A stretch of DNA of 64,000 nucleotides from Microgenomates group bacterium GW2011_GWC1_46_15 (GTDB lineage: Bacteria; Patescibacteriota; Microgenomatia; UBA1400; UBA12028), in contig LCLX01000001.1 in NCBI GenBank assembly GCA_001002285.1, positions 192,302-256,301 of the forward strand. Direction: 5' to 3'. The translations under genes and the position numbers were made by a program. Below the pieces are notes generated by a model. It was not told the DNA's origin. It worked only from the letters and a program-made list of their open reading frames with translations, and made no database searches. Within the stretch, counting starts at the first letter, position 1, and each line of letters starts with the position of its first letter. Below, piece by piece: positions 1 to 8,531 of the stretch.

Positions 1-117
1 TTCAATTTGTTGAAGAGCAATGTTAACTGCTTGCATGCGCTGTTGCTTGAGGTTTGATACACTTCCCGGGACTGTTTGCTGAACCGTTTTAGCTTGTGAC
101 GATTTAACTGGGGACAT
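1..117 (-). CDS. hypothetical protein, N-terminal part (gene runs off the left edge)
   Basis: Uninterrupted minus-strand frame from ATG (rc of 115-117) to the window edge: MSPVKSSQAKTVQQTVPGSVSNLKQQRMQAVNIALQQIE... AAAGGAG RBS just upstream. Absent from the ORF track only because there is no stop inside the window. Confidence 0.35.
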   Translation of the reverse strand, partial: MSPVKSSQAKTVQQTVPGSVSNLKQQRMQAVNIALQQIE

Positions 118-149
118 ACTGCTCCTTTTTTGCTATACCGTATACTTTT

Positions 150-175
150 TGTACCAAAATTTCTTAAAGCCGGTT
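150..175 (-). promoter_or_regulatory. putative sigma70-type promoter with extended -10 TGGTACAAA for the leftward gene
   Basis: rc of ~158-166 reads TGGTACAAA. The same TGGTACAnT extended -10 appears before aspS, rpoD and pgk. Confidence 0.35.
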
Positions 176-534
176 CCAAAAACAAGAAAGAAAAGCGAAA
201 CTCTTATTCACTATAGCACGATACCACAATGTTTCGTGTTTTGCTCGGATATGTCGTACACAACGACGACATAGTGATAGTGTACAAGTGAAATCGAACA
301 AACACCTTACGGAAATGAAGTTGGTCTGTTATTGGATTAAAAATGGCGGGAGGGAAACAAGGGGAAATGCGTGGTAAAATAAGACTAATCTTGCTACGGG
401 GCGTAGCATAAAAGTAGTGTGCACGTCTGGGGGGCGTGCGGACCGAGAGCGTTACTCGGCGCCCCGACATTTTAATTGACTAATCAATATTTTTAATTAT
501 TGATTTCGGGTTATTTTTCTGTCATATTTAAAGT

Positions 535-1362
535 ATGCATTTTGCTCATACTTCCTGTTCAGTATGTGGAAAACTCCTCGAGAGAAGAATGAATTGGATT
601 CTTGAGAACGAACGGCATGAATACAAAACATATTGCTCCAAAGAATGCCAATCGAAGGGGAAAACAAAAAAAGTACAGTGCATATGTGAAAATCCAAAGT
701 GTAAAAAAGAATTTTCTCGAGAGTTAAATGATGTTTCACCACACAATTATTGTTCACGTTCGTGTGCTGTGGCAATAAATAATGTTCTCTACCCAAAGCG
801 CAAAAAGATTACCGTTACTCGTACACCAACACCAAGAATTTCAAAGTATACAAAAGAAAGCATTATTTCTGAGATAAGCCACTTCTTTCAAGAAAATCAA
901 CGCATTCCGTTGAAAATAGAGTTTGCAAAAGAATATTGGATGATCCGCAAATTATTTGGCACATGGAACAGTGCGATACGTACCGCCGGGTTCTCCCCTC
1001 ATTCTCACCGATTCGCACACCGATATAAAGCGAAGGATCAGCACATGTGTGATTCATTGGCTGAGAAAATCATTGATGACTGGTTATTTACACGGGGCAT
1101 CAAACATAAAATCCATGTTCCGTATTATTACAGAAACATGACAGCGGATTTTTCGATAGGGACTACGTTAGTCGAGTATTTAGGGTTGTATGGGAAATTA
1201 CATCGATATGACGTACTTGTTGAGGAAAAACGCAAGTTATGGAAAAGGAGAAAGTTAGACGTTATTGAGATATATCCAGAAGATCTTTTTCCGCAAAATC
1301 AACTTTCTGACGTGCTATCTCCATTATTGATTGACGATATTGTTACTTCTTTTACCGTGTAG
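535..1362 (+). CDS. Cys-rich zinc-ribbon protein with a homing-endonuclease-associated repeat and a C-terminal DUF559/Vsr-like endonuclease-like domain
   Basis: Several CxxC clusters in the first ~90 aa (CSVCGK, CSKEC, CICENPKCKKEF, CSRSC). Central FGTWNSAIRTAGF resembles the FGSWnnAL motif of HNH-associated repeats. C-terminal ADFSIGTTLVEYLG...YDVLVEE...LDVIEI resembles DUF559/very-short-patch-repair-like nucleases. Confidence 0.5.
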   Translation: MHFAHTSCSVCGKLLERRMNWILENERHEYKTYCSKECQSKGKTKKVQCICENPKCKKEFSRELNDVSPHNYCSRSCAVAINNVLYPKRKKITVTRTPTPRISKYTKESIISEISHFFQENQRIPLKIEFAKEYWMIRKLFGTWNSAIRTAGFSPHSHRFAHRYKAKDQHMCDSLAEKIIDDWLFTRGIKHKIHVPYYYRNMTADFSIGTTLVEYLGLYGKLHRYDVLVEEKRKLWKRRKLDVIEIYPEDLFPQNQLSDVLSPLLIDDIVTSFTV

Positions 1363-1592
1363 CACACTCCCCGAGTAACCCCGTGTTTTTGCACAAGACC
1401 TTGCTTGACCAACGAGGCAATATCATATGCCAATGTCCTCCCTGGCGTGGCCGGAAAACGCCTGGCGATTGCGTCAAACGTGATATAAGGGTGATCGGTG
1501 ATGATTGCGAAGATTTCCTGCCTGCGGGGGAGGAGCGCGCGGACAATCTCGGCGTGCAACTCTGGAGAGATGAGGGGCGGATTTTGCAACAT
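1299..1592 (-). CDS. LexA-type winged-helix DNA-binding domain protein (97 aa, no S24 peptidase domain)
   Basis: LPRRQEIFAIITDH...ITFDAIARRF...TPGRTLAYDIASLVKQGLV aligns by eye with the E. coli LexA N-terminal domain (LTARQQEVFDLIRDH...AEIAQRLGF...HLKALARKGVI). The 3' end overlaps 535..1362 convergently by 64 nt. The start codon lies inside the 10-bp repeat array. Confidence 0.45.
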   Translation of the reverse strand: MLQNPPLISPELHAEIVRALLPRRQEIFAIITDHPYITFDAIARRFPATPGRTLAYDIASLVKQGLVQKHGVTRGVCYTVKEVTISSINNGDSTSES

Positions 1593-1645
1593 CTAGCAAT
1601 ATTATGTAGTATTCAGCAGTATTGTGCAACATTATGCAATGATAT
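1586..1645. repeat. six tandem 10-bp helically phased direct repeats, consensus GCA(A/G)YATTnT
   Basis: Read directly: GCAACATCTA / GCAATATTAT / GTAGTATTCA / GCAGTATTGT / GCAACATTAT / GCAATGATAT. Lies between the wHTH gene start (1592) and the helicase-nuclease start (1713). Contains TTGCAA-N17-TAGTAT and TTGTGC-N15-TATAGA promoter-like spacings. Confidence 0.7.
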
Positions 1646-1712
1646 AGAGTTTTACAAACAAAGCGGATAGTTTCTCCTTCCCATTCGCCTTTTCATAGGG
1701 TATAACACATAT

Positions 1713-4700
1713 ATGCCCTCGCAATCTCCTTTAAAGAAACCACAGGAAAAATCCAATGCCGTGTTTTCTTCTCTCTACTCCAAACTTAATCCTGAGCAAA
1801 AGAAGGCGGTTGACGCAGTTGAAGGGCCAGTCATGGTATTTGCGGGTCCCGGTACGGGGAAAACACAAGTGTTGGCGATGCGCGCGGCCAACATTCTCAG
1901 AAAAACAGATGTCGGTCCGCACAACATTCTCGCGCTCACCTTTACCGAGTCGGCTGCAAAGGCGATGCGGGATCGGCTTATCTCGATCATCGGTGAGGAT
2001 GCGTACTATGTGAACATCGCGACGTTTCACTCGTTCTGTTCTGATGTCATTCAGTCAAACCCCGAGTTTTTCCCATTTTCCCGTGACGCAGAGCCATTAA
2101 CCGACCTCGAGCGGTTTACGATCGTTGAAAACATTATCCGCGAGCAGGCATTTGAGGCAATCAAGCCCATCAACAGTCCCATATTTTATGTTCGCGACTG
2201 TATTAAAGCGATGCAGGACTTAAAACGGGAGAACGTTGAGCCAGATGATTTCCGCAAATTGATTGAGTATGATGTGCTTCAATTGAAGAAAGCGGAAAGT
2301 CTGCCAAAAACAGAGCAAAAGCAGCGGGAGAAAAACATTGCCAAACAGCGCGAACTTCTCCAAGTATATGTGTTATATCAGCAAAAACTCCGTGAGATGG
2401 GACGGTATGACTACGAAGACATGATTTCGTTCGCGGTCCACGCGTTTGAACAAGATGAAATACTCCTACGGAGTTATCAAGAGCGTCTGCAGTACATCTT
2501 GGTTGATGAGTACCAGGATACGAATGCGGCGCAAAATAAAGTATTAGAGTTGCTCGCCTCCTATTGGGGAAAACAGGCAAACGTGTTTGTCGTGGGCGAC
2601 AGCGATCAGAGCCTGTATCGTTTTCAAGGCGCCTCTTTGGAAAACAGTGTGGCATTTGTGAAAAAGTACCCAACCGCGTTGTTTATCACGTTGACGAAAA
2701 ACTACCGGTCTACGCAGACCATTTTGGATGCCGCCACAGAACTCATCGCAAAAAATAATTTTACGCATGCGACATTGTTGGAAAAATTTCAAAAAATCAG
2801 TGCAAAAAAATCTACAAGGACTTCGGTTCCGCTCTCCGCAACAGTGTCATATCCTGCTCAGCCGGTTTATGTAGCCGCGTTTTCATCTGATCTTGCTGAA
2901 ACGGCGTATATCGCTGAAGAAATCAGCACGCTCATCAAAAAAGGCACGAATCCAAGCGAAATTGCAGTGTTGTACCGCACGAATAACGATAGTGCGGCAA
3001 TTGAAGACGCGTTGGTAAAATGGGAAATTCCATATGAAATCGACAGCGGTGTAGATATTTTGGACTCGCCAGTGGTCATGCAGCTGCTCACGCTTTTTCG
3101 AGTGATTTACGATTTGCGCACCACACGAGAAGCGATTGATTTATTCACGGTGTTGAACTATGAATGGGTTGGTTTGGATGCGCTTGATCTTCTCAAACTC
3201 TCGCGCCACGCGGCAGAAAAGAAACAATCATTGTTTGACATTGTGCAGGGAAACGAAATCAAAGCACTTCAATTGAAGAAAGCGAAAGAAACCATCGCGT
3301 TTGTGCAAAAACTTATTCAGTGGTCGAAAGATGATGCGCAAAAAACATTCCCGCTTTGGTTTGAAACGGTGCTGAACGACAGCGGATTTCTCTCCTGGGT
3401 TTTGAAACGGAATGACGCTGCGGAAGCGATTAATAAAATCCAGTCATTGTTCCGTGAAGTAAAAATACAAACTTCAGTTGATAAAAGTACAAAGCTGGAA
3501 ACATTTTTACGCACAATTGAACGTATGCGGGAGCATCGCATTGCGGTGAACGAAGAGGTATTGCAGCTCCAAAGAAAAGCGGTCAAGCTTGCGACCGCGC
3601 ACAGCGCGAAAGGTCGGGAGTGGGAGTACGTGTTTATCATCCGCGCGATAGATGGCAAGTGGGGAAATACACGGTCTAAAGACCTTATTCCACTTCCCGA
3701 AGGTGTCTTGCGGTACACGAATATTGAAGAAAAAGAGAAAAATGAAGATGACCGGCGGGTGTTTTATGTTGCGCTCACCCGCGCCAAAAAACGCGTTACC
3801 GTAACGTATGCAAAAACATCGGTTTCCGGAAACAGAACAAAAGAAAACACCCAAACATTGTTTATTGAAGAAATTCCGGAGAAACTAAAAAAAGAAGTTG
3901 ACACGACGTCGTTTGAACAATCCGCCAACGCGGTTCTCGCGAAGCTTCTTCACGCTCCGGTCAATCAAACACAGACGATAGAGGAAAACGAGTGGCTTTC
4001 TGGACTGCTTGAGAACTTTGTGCTTACGCCGACAACGCTCAACACATATCTTGAGTGTGCGTACAAGTTCAAACTGAATACATTGGTGAAAGTTCCACGT
4101 GCGAAAGAGGATTACTTGGCGTTTGGAACGGCAATTCATAAAGCGTTGGAAATGTTGTTTCGGTCGTTTATCGAAAAAAATAAGATTCCATCAAAGGAGT
4201 TTGTGATTGGTGAGTTTGAGAAAAGCCTGCATAGAGAAATTATGACGCAGGATGAGGAAAAAGCGCGGTTGAATCAAGGCAGAAAAGTGTTGTCGGCATA
4301 CTACGACGAGTATACATCGCAGTTTGCCAAGCCGGTCTTTTTGGAAAAATTCTTGGGGTATGGATGGCCACGCATCTATCTCGACGATATCCGAATTGGT
4401 GGCCGCATAGATAAAATTGAGTGGGCGGACGATGCGCATAAAACCGTGACCGTTGTGGACTACAAAACTGGCCAGCCAAAAACACGTGGAGAGATTGAAG
4501 GAAAAACAAAAACATCCAATGGTGACTACAAACGCCAACTTCTGTTTTACAAATTATTAACAGATCTTGACCGCAGCTTTGGACATAAAGTTGAAAAAGG
4601 CATGTTTGATTTTATTGAGAAAGACAAGCAAACGGGAAAATTCAGGCGCGAAGAGTTTTTTTTGCCAAAAGAAGAAGTGGATGGATTACGGAAAATTATT

Positions 4701-4847
4701 AAAGATGTTATGGGGGAAGTCCGCGCGCTCTATTTCCCGCGGACAACACACTACAGCGTATGTAAAGAGTGTGAGTTTGCCCAGCACTGCTGGCCCGATG
4801 GCATTCCAGAGCAAAAAGCGGAACAAATGAAACTTATCTCTTCTTAA
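1713..4847 (+). CDS. UvrD/PcrA-family SF1 helicase fused to a C-terminal RecB/Cas4-like PD-(D/E)xK nuclease with Cys cluster (AddA-like helicase-nuclease)
   Basis: Walker A AGPGTGKT, VDEYQDTN, TKNYRST, VALTRAK helicase motifs. C-terminal GGRIDKIE...VVDYKTGQ (RecB nuclease motif III-like) and the cysteines of CKECEFAQHCW. Confidence 0.85.
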   Translation: MPSQSPLKKPQEKSNAVFSSLYSKLNPEQKKAVDAVEGPVMVFAGPGTGKTQVLAMRAANILRKTDVGPHNILALTFTESAAKAMRDRLISIIGEDAYYVNIATFHSFCSDVIQSNPEFFPFSRDAEPLTDLERFTIVENIIREQAFEAIKPINSPIFYVRDCIKAMQDLKRENVEPDDFRKLIEYDVLQLKKAESLPKTEQKQREKNIAKQRELLQVYVLYQQKLREMGRYDYEDMISFAVHAFEQDEILLRSYQERLQYILVDEYQDTNAAQNKVLELLASYWGKQANVFVVGDSDQSLYRFQGASLENSVAFVKKYPTALFITLTKNYRSTQTILDAATELIAKNNFTHATLLEKFQKISAKKSTRTSVPLSATVSYPAQPVYVAAFSSDLAETAYIAEEISTLIKKGTNPSEIAVLYRTNNDSAAIEDALVKWEIPYEIDSGVDILDSPVVMQLLTLFRVIYDLRTTREAIDLFTVLNYEWVGLDALDLLKLSRHAAEKKQSLFDIVQGNEIKALQLKKAKETIAFVQKLIQWSKDDAQKTFPLWFETVLNDSGFLSWVLKRNDAAEAINKIQSLFREVKIQTSVDKSTKLETFLRTIERMREHRIAVNEEVLQLQRKAVKLATAHSAKGREWEYVFIIRAIDGKWGNTRSKDLIPLPEGVLRYTNIEEKEKNEDDRRVFYVALTRAKKRVTVTYAKTSVSGNRTKENTQTLFIEEIPEKLKKEVDTTSFEQSANAVLAKLLHAPVNQTQTIEENEWLSGLLENFVLTPTTLNTYLECAYKFKLNTLVKVPRAKEDYLAFGTAIHKALEMLFRSFIEKNKIPSKEFVIGEFEKSLHREIMTQDEEKARLNQGRKVLSAYYDEYTSQFAKPVFLEKFLGYGWPRIYLDDIRIGGRIDKIEWADDAHKTVTVVDYKTGQPKTRGEIEGKTKTSNGDYKRQLLFYKLLTDLDRSFGHKVEKGMFDFIEKDKQTGKFRREEFFLPKEEVDGLRKIIKDVMGEVRALYFPRTTHYSVCKECEFAQHCWPDGIPEQKAEQMKLISS

Positions 4848-6149
4848 TTATTTCCAACTTGGCAATGCAAAATAGACCCGATTAACAATCTTTTGTGGTA
4901 TAGGTATGCCCGTAAGGTGGGGATAAAACACAATAAACCACGCAAGCGCAAGCAAAGGAACAGTCACGACAAGAAACCGCAATCTTTTTTTCCGTGAAAT
5001 ATCGGCAAGAAACAGTGCAAGCATAATGCAAAGTAGTGGAATTGCGGGGGCATAGTGGTACGAGAACATAATCCTCGGAGAAAAAAGCCACGGTGTCCAC
5101 ACACTAAGATACGTAAGCAATAGAAATCCCCTTTTCCAGTCGCGGTTTTTGAGCCACAGTACCGCGAACCACACCGCGGTAATAAGTCCGCCCCAGAACA
5201 CAATGGGATTTCCCAGGTTATAAATATTGCCGACTTTTCCTGGTGTGTTGTAATCCACATACATCCAGACTGGTTTGAGATCAAACATCCATTGCAAGGG
5301 CGTTGATTGAGACGCGTGTGTCGCGTTCAAGTGCGTTTGGTAATACCAAATCTGGTTGTGGAGTTCTTTAAATTGGCTCCACGCATGGCCCTGCAGCCAA
5401 AACTGTGAGTAGGACAAAAGGTAAATCAGGATAGGAAGAATAATCCACGATAAAACTCCTTTCAGTAAAAGGATAAACTTTTTTTCTTTTAACACAACTA
5501 CAAAAGTATCAATGAAAAAGATTGGGAGAAGAAAGGCCCCACTCCATTTTGTTGCAACAGCAAGACCGGTAAGAATTCCCGATACAACAATCTGATATGG
5601 CTTTCGGTATTTCCGCCAGCGTGTGTAAAATACCAACGCACAGAGCATAAAGAAAACAAGAAAAATGTCATTCATCGCAATGCGGGATTGGGCAAGCAGT
5701 AAACCATCAACCGCGGAAAAAAAACTTGCAAGCAACGCAACACCTCGCACTTTTGTCAATTGAAGTGCCAATACATACGTCATCCACACCACACCAACGC
5801 CAAATATAACGGAAGGAAAACGCCATCCAAAACTATTTTCTCCAAAAATATACATGCTTCCAGCCTGGAAAAGTTTTGCTACCGGTGGATGGAGCCATTC
5901 AATTGCGGTATTTGGCTCAGGAGCGTCGTGCCACCATTCATATCCGGCGGGGTTGTTGTGCGCGTAGAGCTTGGCGGTAACTGCGTGATACACTTCATCA
6001 AAGTAGTACGTTTTTGGTAAAGTAACTCGGTACATTCGGGTTGCGAACGCGAAAAGCAAAATGAGTGGAAGAAGATAAAACGCTAGTCGGTCAAATGATA
6101 TATGTTTCATAAAACTGTATACAGTATAAAACATTGGAAGAGAAAACAT
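4848..6149 (-). CDS. integral membrane glycosyltransferase, GT39/PMT-ArnT-like (GT-C fold)
   Basis: Multi-pass hydrophobic protein with an N-terminal YYFDEVYHAVTA motif (DE motif of lipid-phosphate-sugar-dependent GT-C enzymes). The annotated start overlaps the divergent neighbour by 48 nt; the true start may be an internal Met (MFYTV or MKHIS). Confidence 0.55.
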   Translation of the reverse strand: MFSLPMFYTVYSFMKHISFDRLAFYLLPLILLFAFATRMYRVTLPKTYYFDEVYHAVTAKLYAHNNPAGYEWWHDAPEPNTAIEWLHPPVAKLFQAGSMYIFGENSFGWRFPSVIFGVGVVWMTYVLALQLTKVRGVALLASFFSAVDGLLLAQSRIAMNDIFLVFFMLCALVFYTRWRKYRKPYQIVVSGILTGLAVATKWSGAFLLPIFFIDTFVVVLKEKKFILLLKGVLSWIILPILIYLLSYSQFWLQGHAWSQFKELHNQIWYYQTHLNATHASQSTPLQWMFDLKPVWMYVDYNTPGKVGNIYNLGNPIVFWGGLITAVWFAVLWLKNRDWKRGFLLLTYLSVWTPWLFSPRIMFSYHYAPAIPLLCIMLALFLADISRKKRLRFLVVTVPLLALAWFIVFYPHLTGIPIPQKIVNRVYFALPSWK

Positions 6150-7772
6150 GAGGGAGCGTTTTGGTTTTTTACACTTTTCTCAACGTGGGGCGCATATTTT
6201 TTGTATCTTTGGCCACATATTCTGTATAAAACTGGGGAGGGAATTGTTGCTGGATGGATTGGTGTTTGGGCTGATTGGGCGGCACATTTTTCATACGCAA
6301 GTGTATTCGCGTATCGCCCACCAAGCGCATGGTTTTTGTGGCACCCATTATTTTTAGGAAAGAAATTCACATATCCGTTTTTGGCCGACGCAATCTCGGG
6401 AATGCTCATGCGGCTGGGTATAGATCGTGTTCCCGCATTTATTGGCCCATCCATCATTTTTACCGCGCTTTTTCTTGCGACACTATTTTTATTTTACCGG
6501 GAAATCTTAAAAAGTTGGAAGCAAGCATATCTTGCGGTTTCATTGTTTTTATTGAGTGGCGGGCTGGGATTCTTGTGGTTTTTACGCGATCTTTTTCAGA
6601 CACAGTCGTTACGTGTTGTACAATTTCCTCCACTTGAGTACACACACATCGGCGATTCGTACATCGAGTGGATCAACGTCGTCACGGGCCAGCTTTTGCC
6701 GCAGCGCGCGTTTTTACTTGGCTTGCCGGTTGCGCTCATGTTATTAATTATTCTTCACAGGTGGACACAAAAAGGATTTTCAAAAGTTTCTCTAGCCCGC
6801 CTTATCTTTTTTGGTTTGTGCTCCAGTCTTTTGCTGATTATTCACGTTCATACATTCATTATGTTTGTCATGGTGTGTGCGGTGAGCTGTATATTTGCGC
6901 TCTACAAGAAAAAACAGGATTGGAAGCATTGGGTGATGTTTGCCATTGCGGCGGGAATTCCTTCGATGATCATTTTTTCATGGCTGTATGGCGGAGAAAT
7001 TACACAGGGATTTTTCCGGTGGTATCCGGGGTGGCTCGCAAACCCACAAGCAAAGAACATCAACTTTTTCTATTTTTGGTGGATCAATTGGGGTGTATTT
7101 CTTCCATTTTCATTGTTTGCGATCATCAAAACAAAGTTATATAAACAACAATTTGTGTTGAGTGGTCTATTGTTATTTATTGCATCCAATCTCATTCTTT
7201 TTCAACCGTACGATTGGGATAACTCAAAGATTCTTACATGGAGTTATCTATTTTTCTGTATCCCATCAGCACAATTACTAGCGATGATGTGGAGAAGACG
7301 AATAATTTTTGCAAAAGTATCAGCTATTGTTTTAGTAATGGTGATGACCGCTTCCGGCGGCCTCGATCTTTGGCGGCTTCTTCACACGGATAAGCTTTCA
7401 TATCTTATGCTGAGCAGTGACGATCTCTCCATTGCCGAACAGTTCCGCCGCATCTCCACGCCCACCGATGTTGTATTGACCGCGGATAAGCACAATCACT
7501 GGGTTACAACGCTGACCGGGCGCCCCATTCTCTTGGGGTATAAGGGGTGGATGTGGACGTACGGCATTCACTACGAACAACGTGATGCCGACATGGTTGA
7601 GATGTTCCGCGGCGGTCCTCTCGCGCAAGAGTTATTAAAAACGTACGCTATCAAATGGGTGGTGATCGGCCCCGCTGAACTCTATGATTACCATGCGAAC
7701 GAGGCGTATTTTGCGAAAAAATATCCGATGGTCCTCAAAAACAGTGAGTACAGGGTGTATAAAATTCAATAG
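6102..7772 (+). CDS. integral membrane protein, probable GT-C-fold glycosyltransferase with a C-terminal soluble domain
   Basis: About 12 predicted hydrophobic helices followed by a ~150-aa hydrophilic C-terminal domain. No diagnostic motif recognised. The start is uncertain because of overlap with 4848..6149. Confidence 0.45.
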   Translation: MFHKTVYSIKHWKRKHEGAFWFFTLFSTWGAYFLYLWPHILYKTGEGIVAGWIGVWADWAAHFSYASVFAYRPPSAWFLWHPLFLGKKFTYPFLADAISGMLMRLGIDRVPAFIGPSIIFTALFLATLFLFYREILKSWKQAYLAVSLFLLSGGLGFLWFLRDLFQTQSLRVVQFPPLEYTHIGDSYIEWINVVTGQLLPQRAFLLGLPVALMLLIILHRWTQKGFSKVSLARLIFFGLCSSLLLIIHVHTFIMFVMVCAVSCIFALYKKKQDWKHWVMFAIAAGIPSMIIFSWLYGGEITQGFFRWYPGWLANPQAKNINFFYFWWINWGVFLPFSLFAIIKTKLYKQQFVLSGLLLFIASNLILFQPYDWDNSKILTWSYLFFCIPSAQLLAMMWRRRIIFAKVSAIVLVMVMTASGGLDLWRLLHTDKLSYLMLSSDDLSIAEQFRRISTPTDVVLTADKHNHWVTTLTGRPILLGYKGWMWTYGIHYEQRDADMVEMFRGGPLAQELLKTYAIKWVVIGPAELYDYHANEAYFAKKYPMVLKNSEYRVYKIQ

Positions 7773-7776
7773 AAAT

Positions 7777-8448
7777 TTATAGTTTCAAAAACTGTTTCGC
7801 GTCAAGGCTTGCTCCGCCCACAAGTAATCCACTAATTTTGGATTGCGCTAGGAAGTTCAGTGATGATTTTTCGTCAATGCTTCCGCCATATAAAATGGGA
7901 ACAGATGCGCCAAATGCTTCATGAATTTCTTTTATAATAGATAAAACAACATCAAGTTTTTCAGGTTCTCCCGAGCCAATGTGATCGGCTGGCTCAAACG
8001 CGACAATACATTTTTTACCTAAGCCGTTCTCCAAAGCACTCACTTGTTTCCAGATCGTTTCCTTTTCAACACAGAGTATTGGGGTGATGTTTTCCTCAAC
8101 GGCCATCGCAACTTTGTTTGCAACTTCCTGTATAGTTTCATGAAAATATCTTCGCCGCTCACTGTGCCCAACAATCGCGTATGTAACACCCAGATCTTTG
8201 AGATTGCGGACAGAAACTGCTCCGGTATACGAGCCGGCAGGGAACGGACTCAAATCCTGTGTTCCAAGCGCAATAGCATATTTTTTCTCTTTAATACGTT
8301 GTCCTAAAGGAACAAGAAAAGGGAAGGGGGGACAAAGGACGAGCGTGTGTGCCGTATGCCGGACAGATCCAACATCATCAACCCATTGCATTGCCTCATC
8401 AAGCGTTTTGTGTGATTTCCAGTTTGCGATAAGAAGTTTATGTGTCAT
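7777..8448 (-). CDS. tpiA: triosephosphate isomerase
   Basis: IANWKSHKT (TIM N-terminal NWK motif), GHSERR catalytic motif, ILYGGS near the C-terminus. Confidence 0.85.
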   Translation of the reverse strand: MTHKLLIANWKSHKTLDEAMQWVDDVGSVRHTAHTLVLCPPFPFLVPLGQRIKEKKYAIALGTQDLSPFPAGSYTGAVSVRNLKDLGVTYAIVGHSERRRYFHETIQEVANKVAMAVEENITPILCVEKETIWKQVSALENGLGKKCIVAFEPADHIGSGEPEKLDVVLSIIKEIHEAFGASVPILYGGSIDEKSSLNFLAQSKISGLLVGGASLDAKQFLKL

Positions 8449-8531
8449 AGCGTGTGCGCAGACTTATTTTAACAAAGTGCGGCAAAAATGTACGCAGTTG
8501 AACAAGCAGAAGTATGATAGCATGAAAGCCC

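Noticed and set aside
200-480. RNase P RNA / tmRNA / SRP RNA in the long non-coding stretch
   Set aside because: No GGAAAGUCCGG, tRNA-like 3' end with CCA, or SRP domain IV GGAA-loop motifs found on either strand by eye; left as an unassigned candidate ncRNA.
1586-1645. CRISPR array (also considered for the 12-bp repeats at 58342-58377)
   Set aside because: The repeat units are 10-12 bp and directly abutting with no spacers and no cas genes nearby; not CRISPR.
1383-1670. 95-aa plus-strand ORF covering the 10-bp repeat array
   Set aside because: Runs antisense through the LexA-like gene and across the repeats; more plausibly non-coding regulatory DNA.
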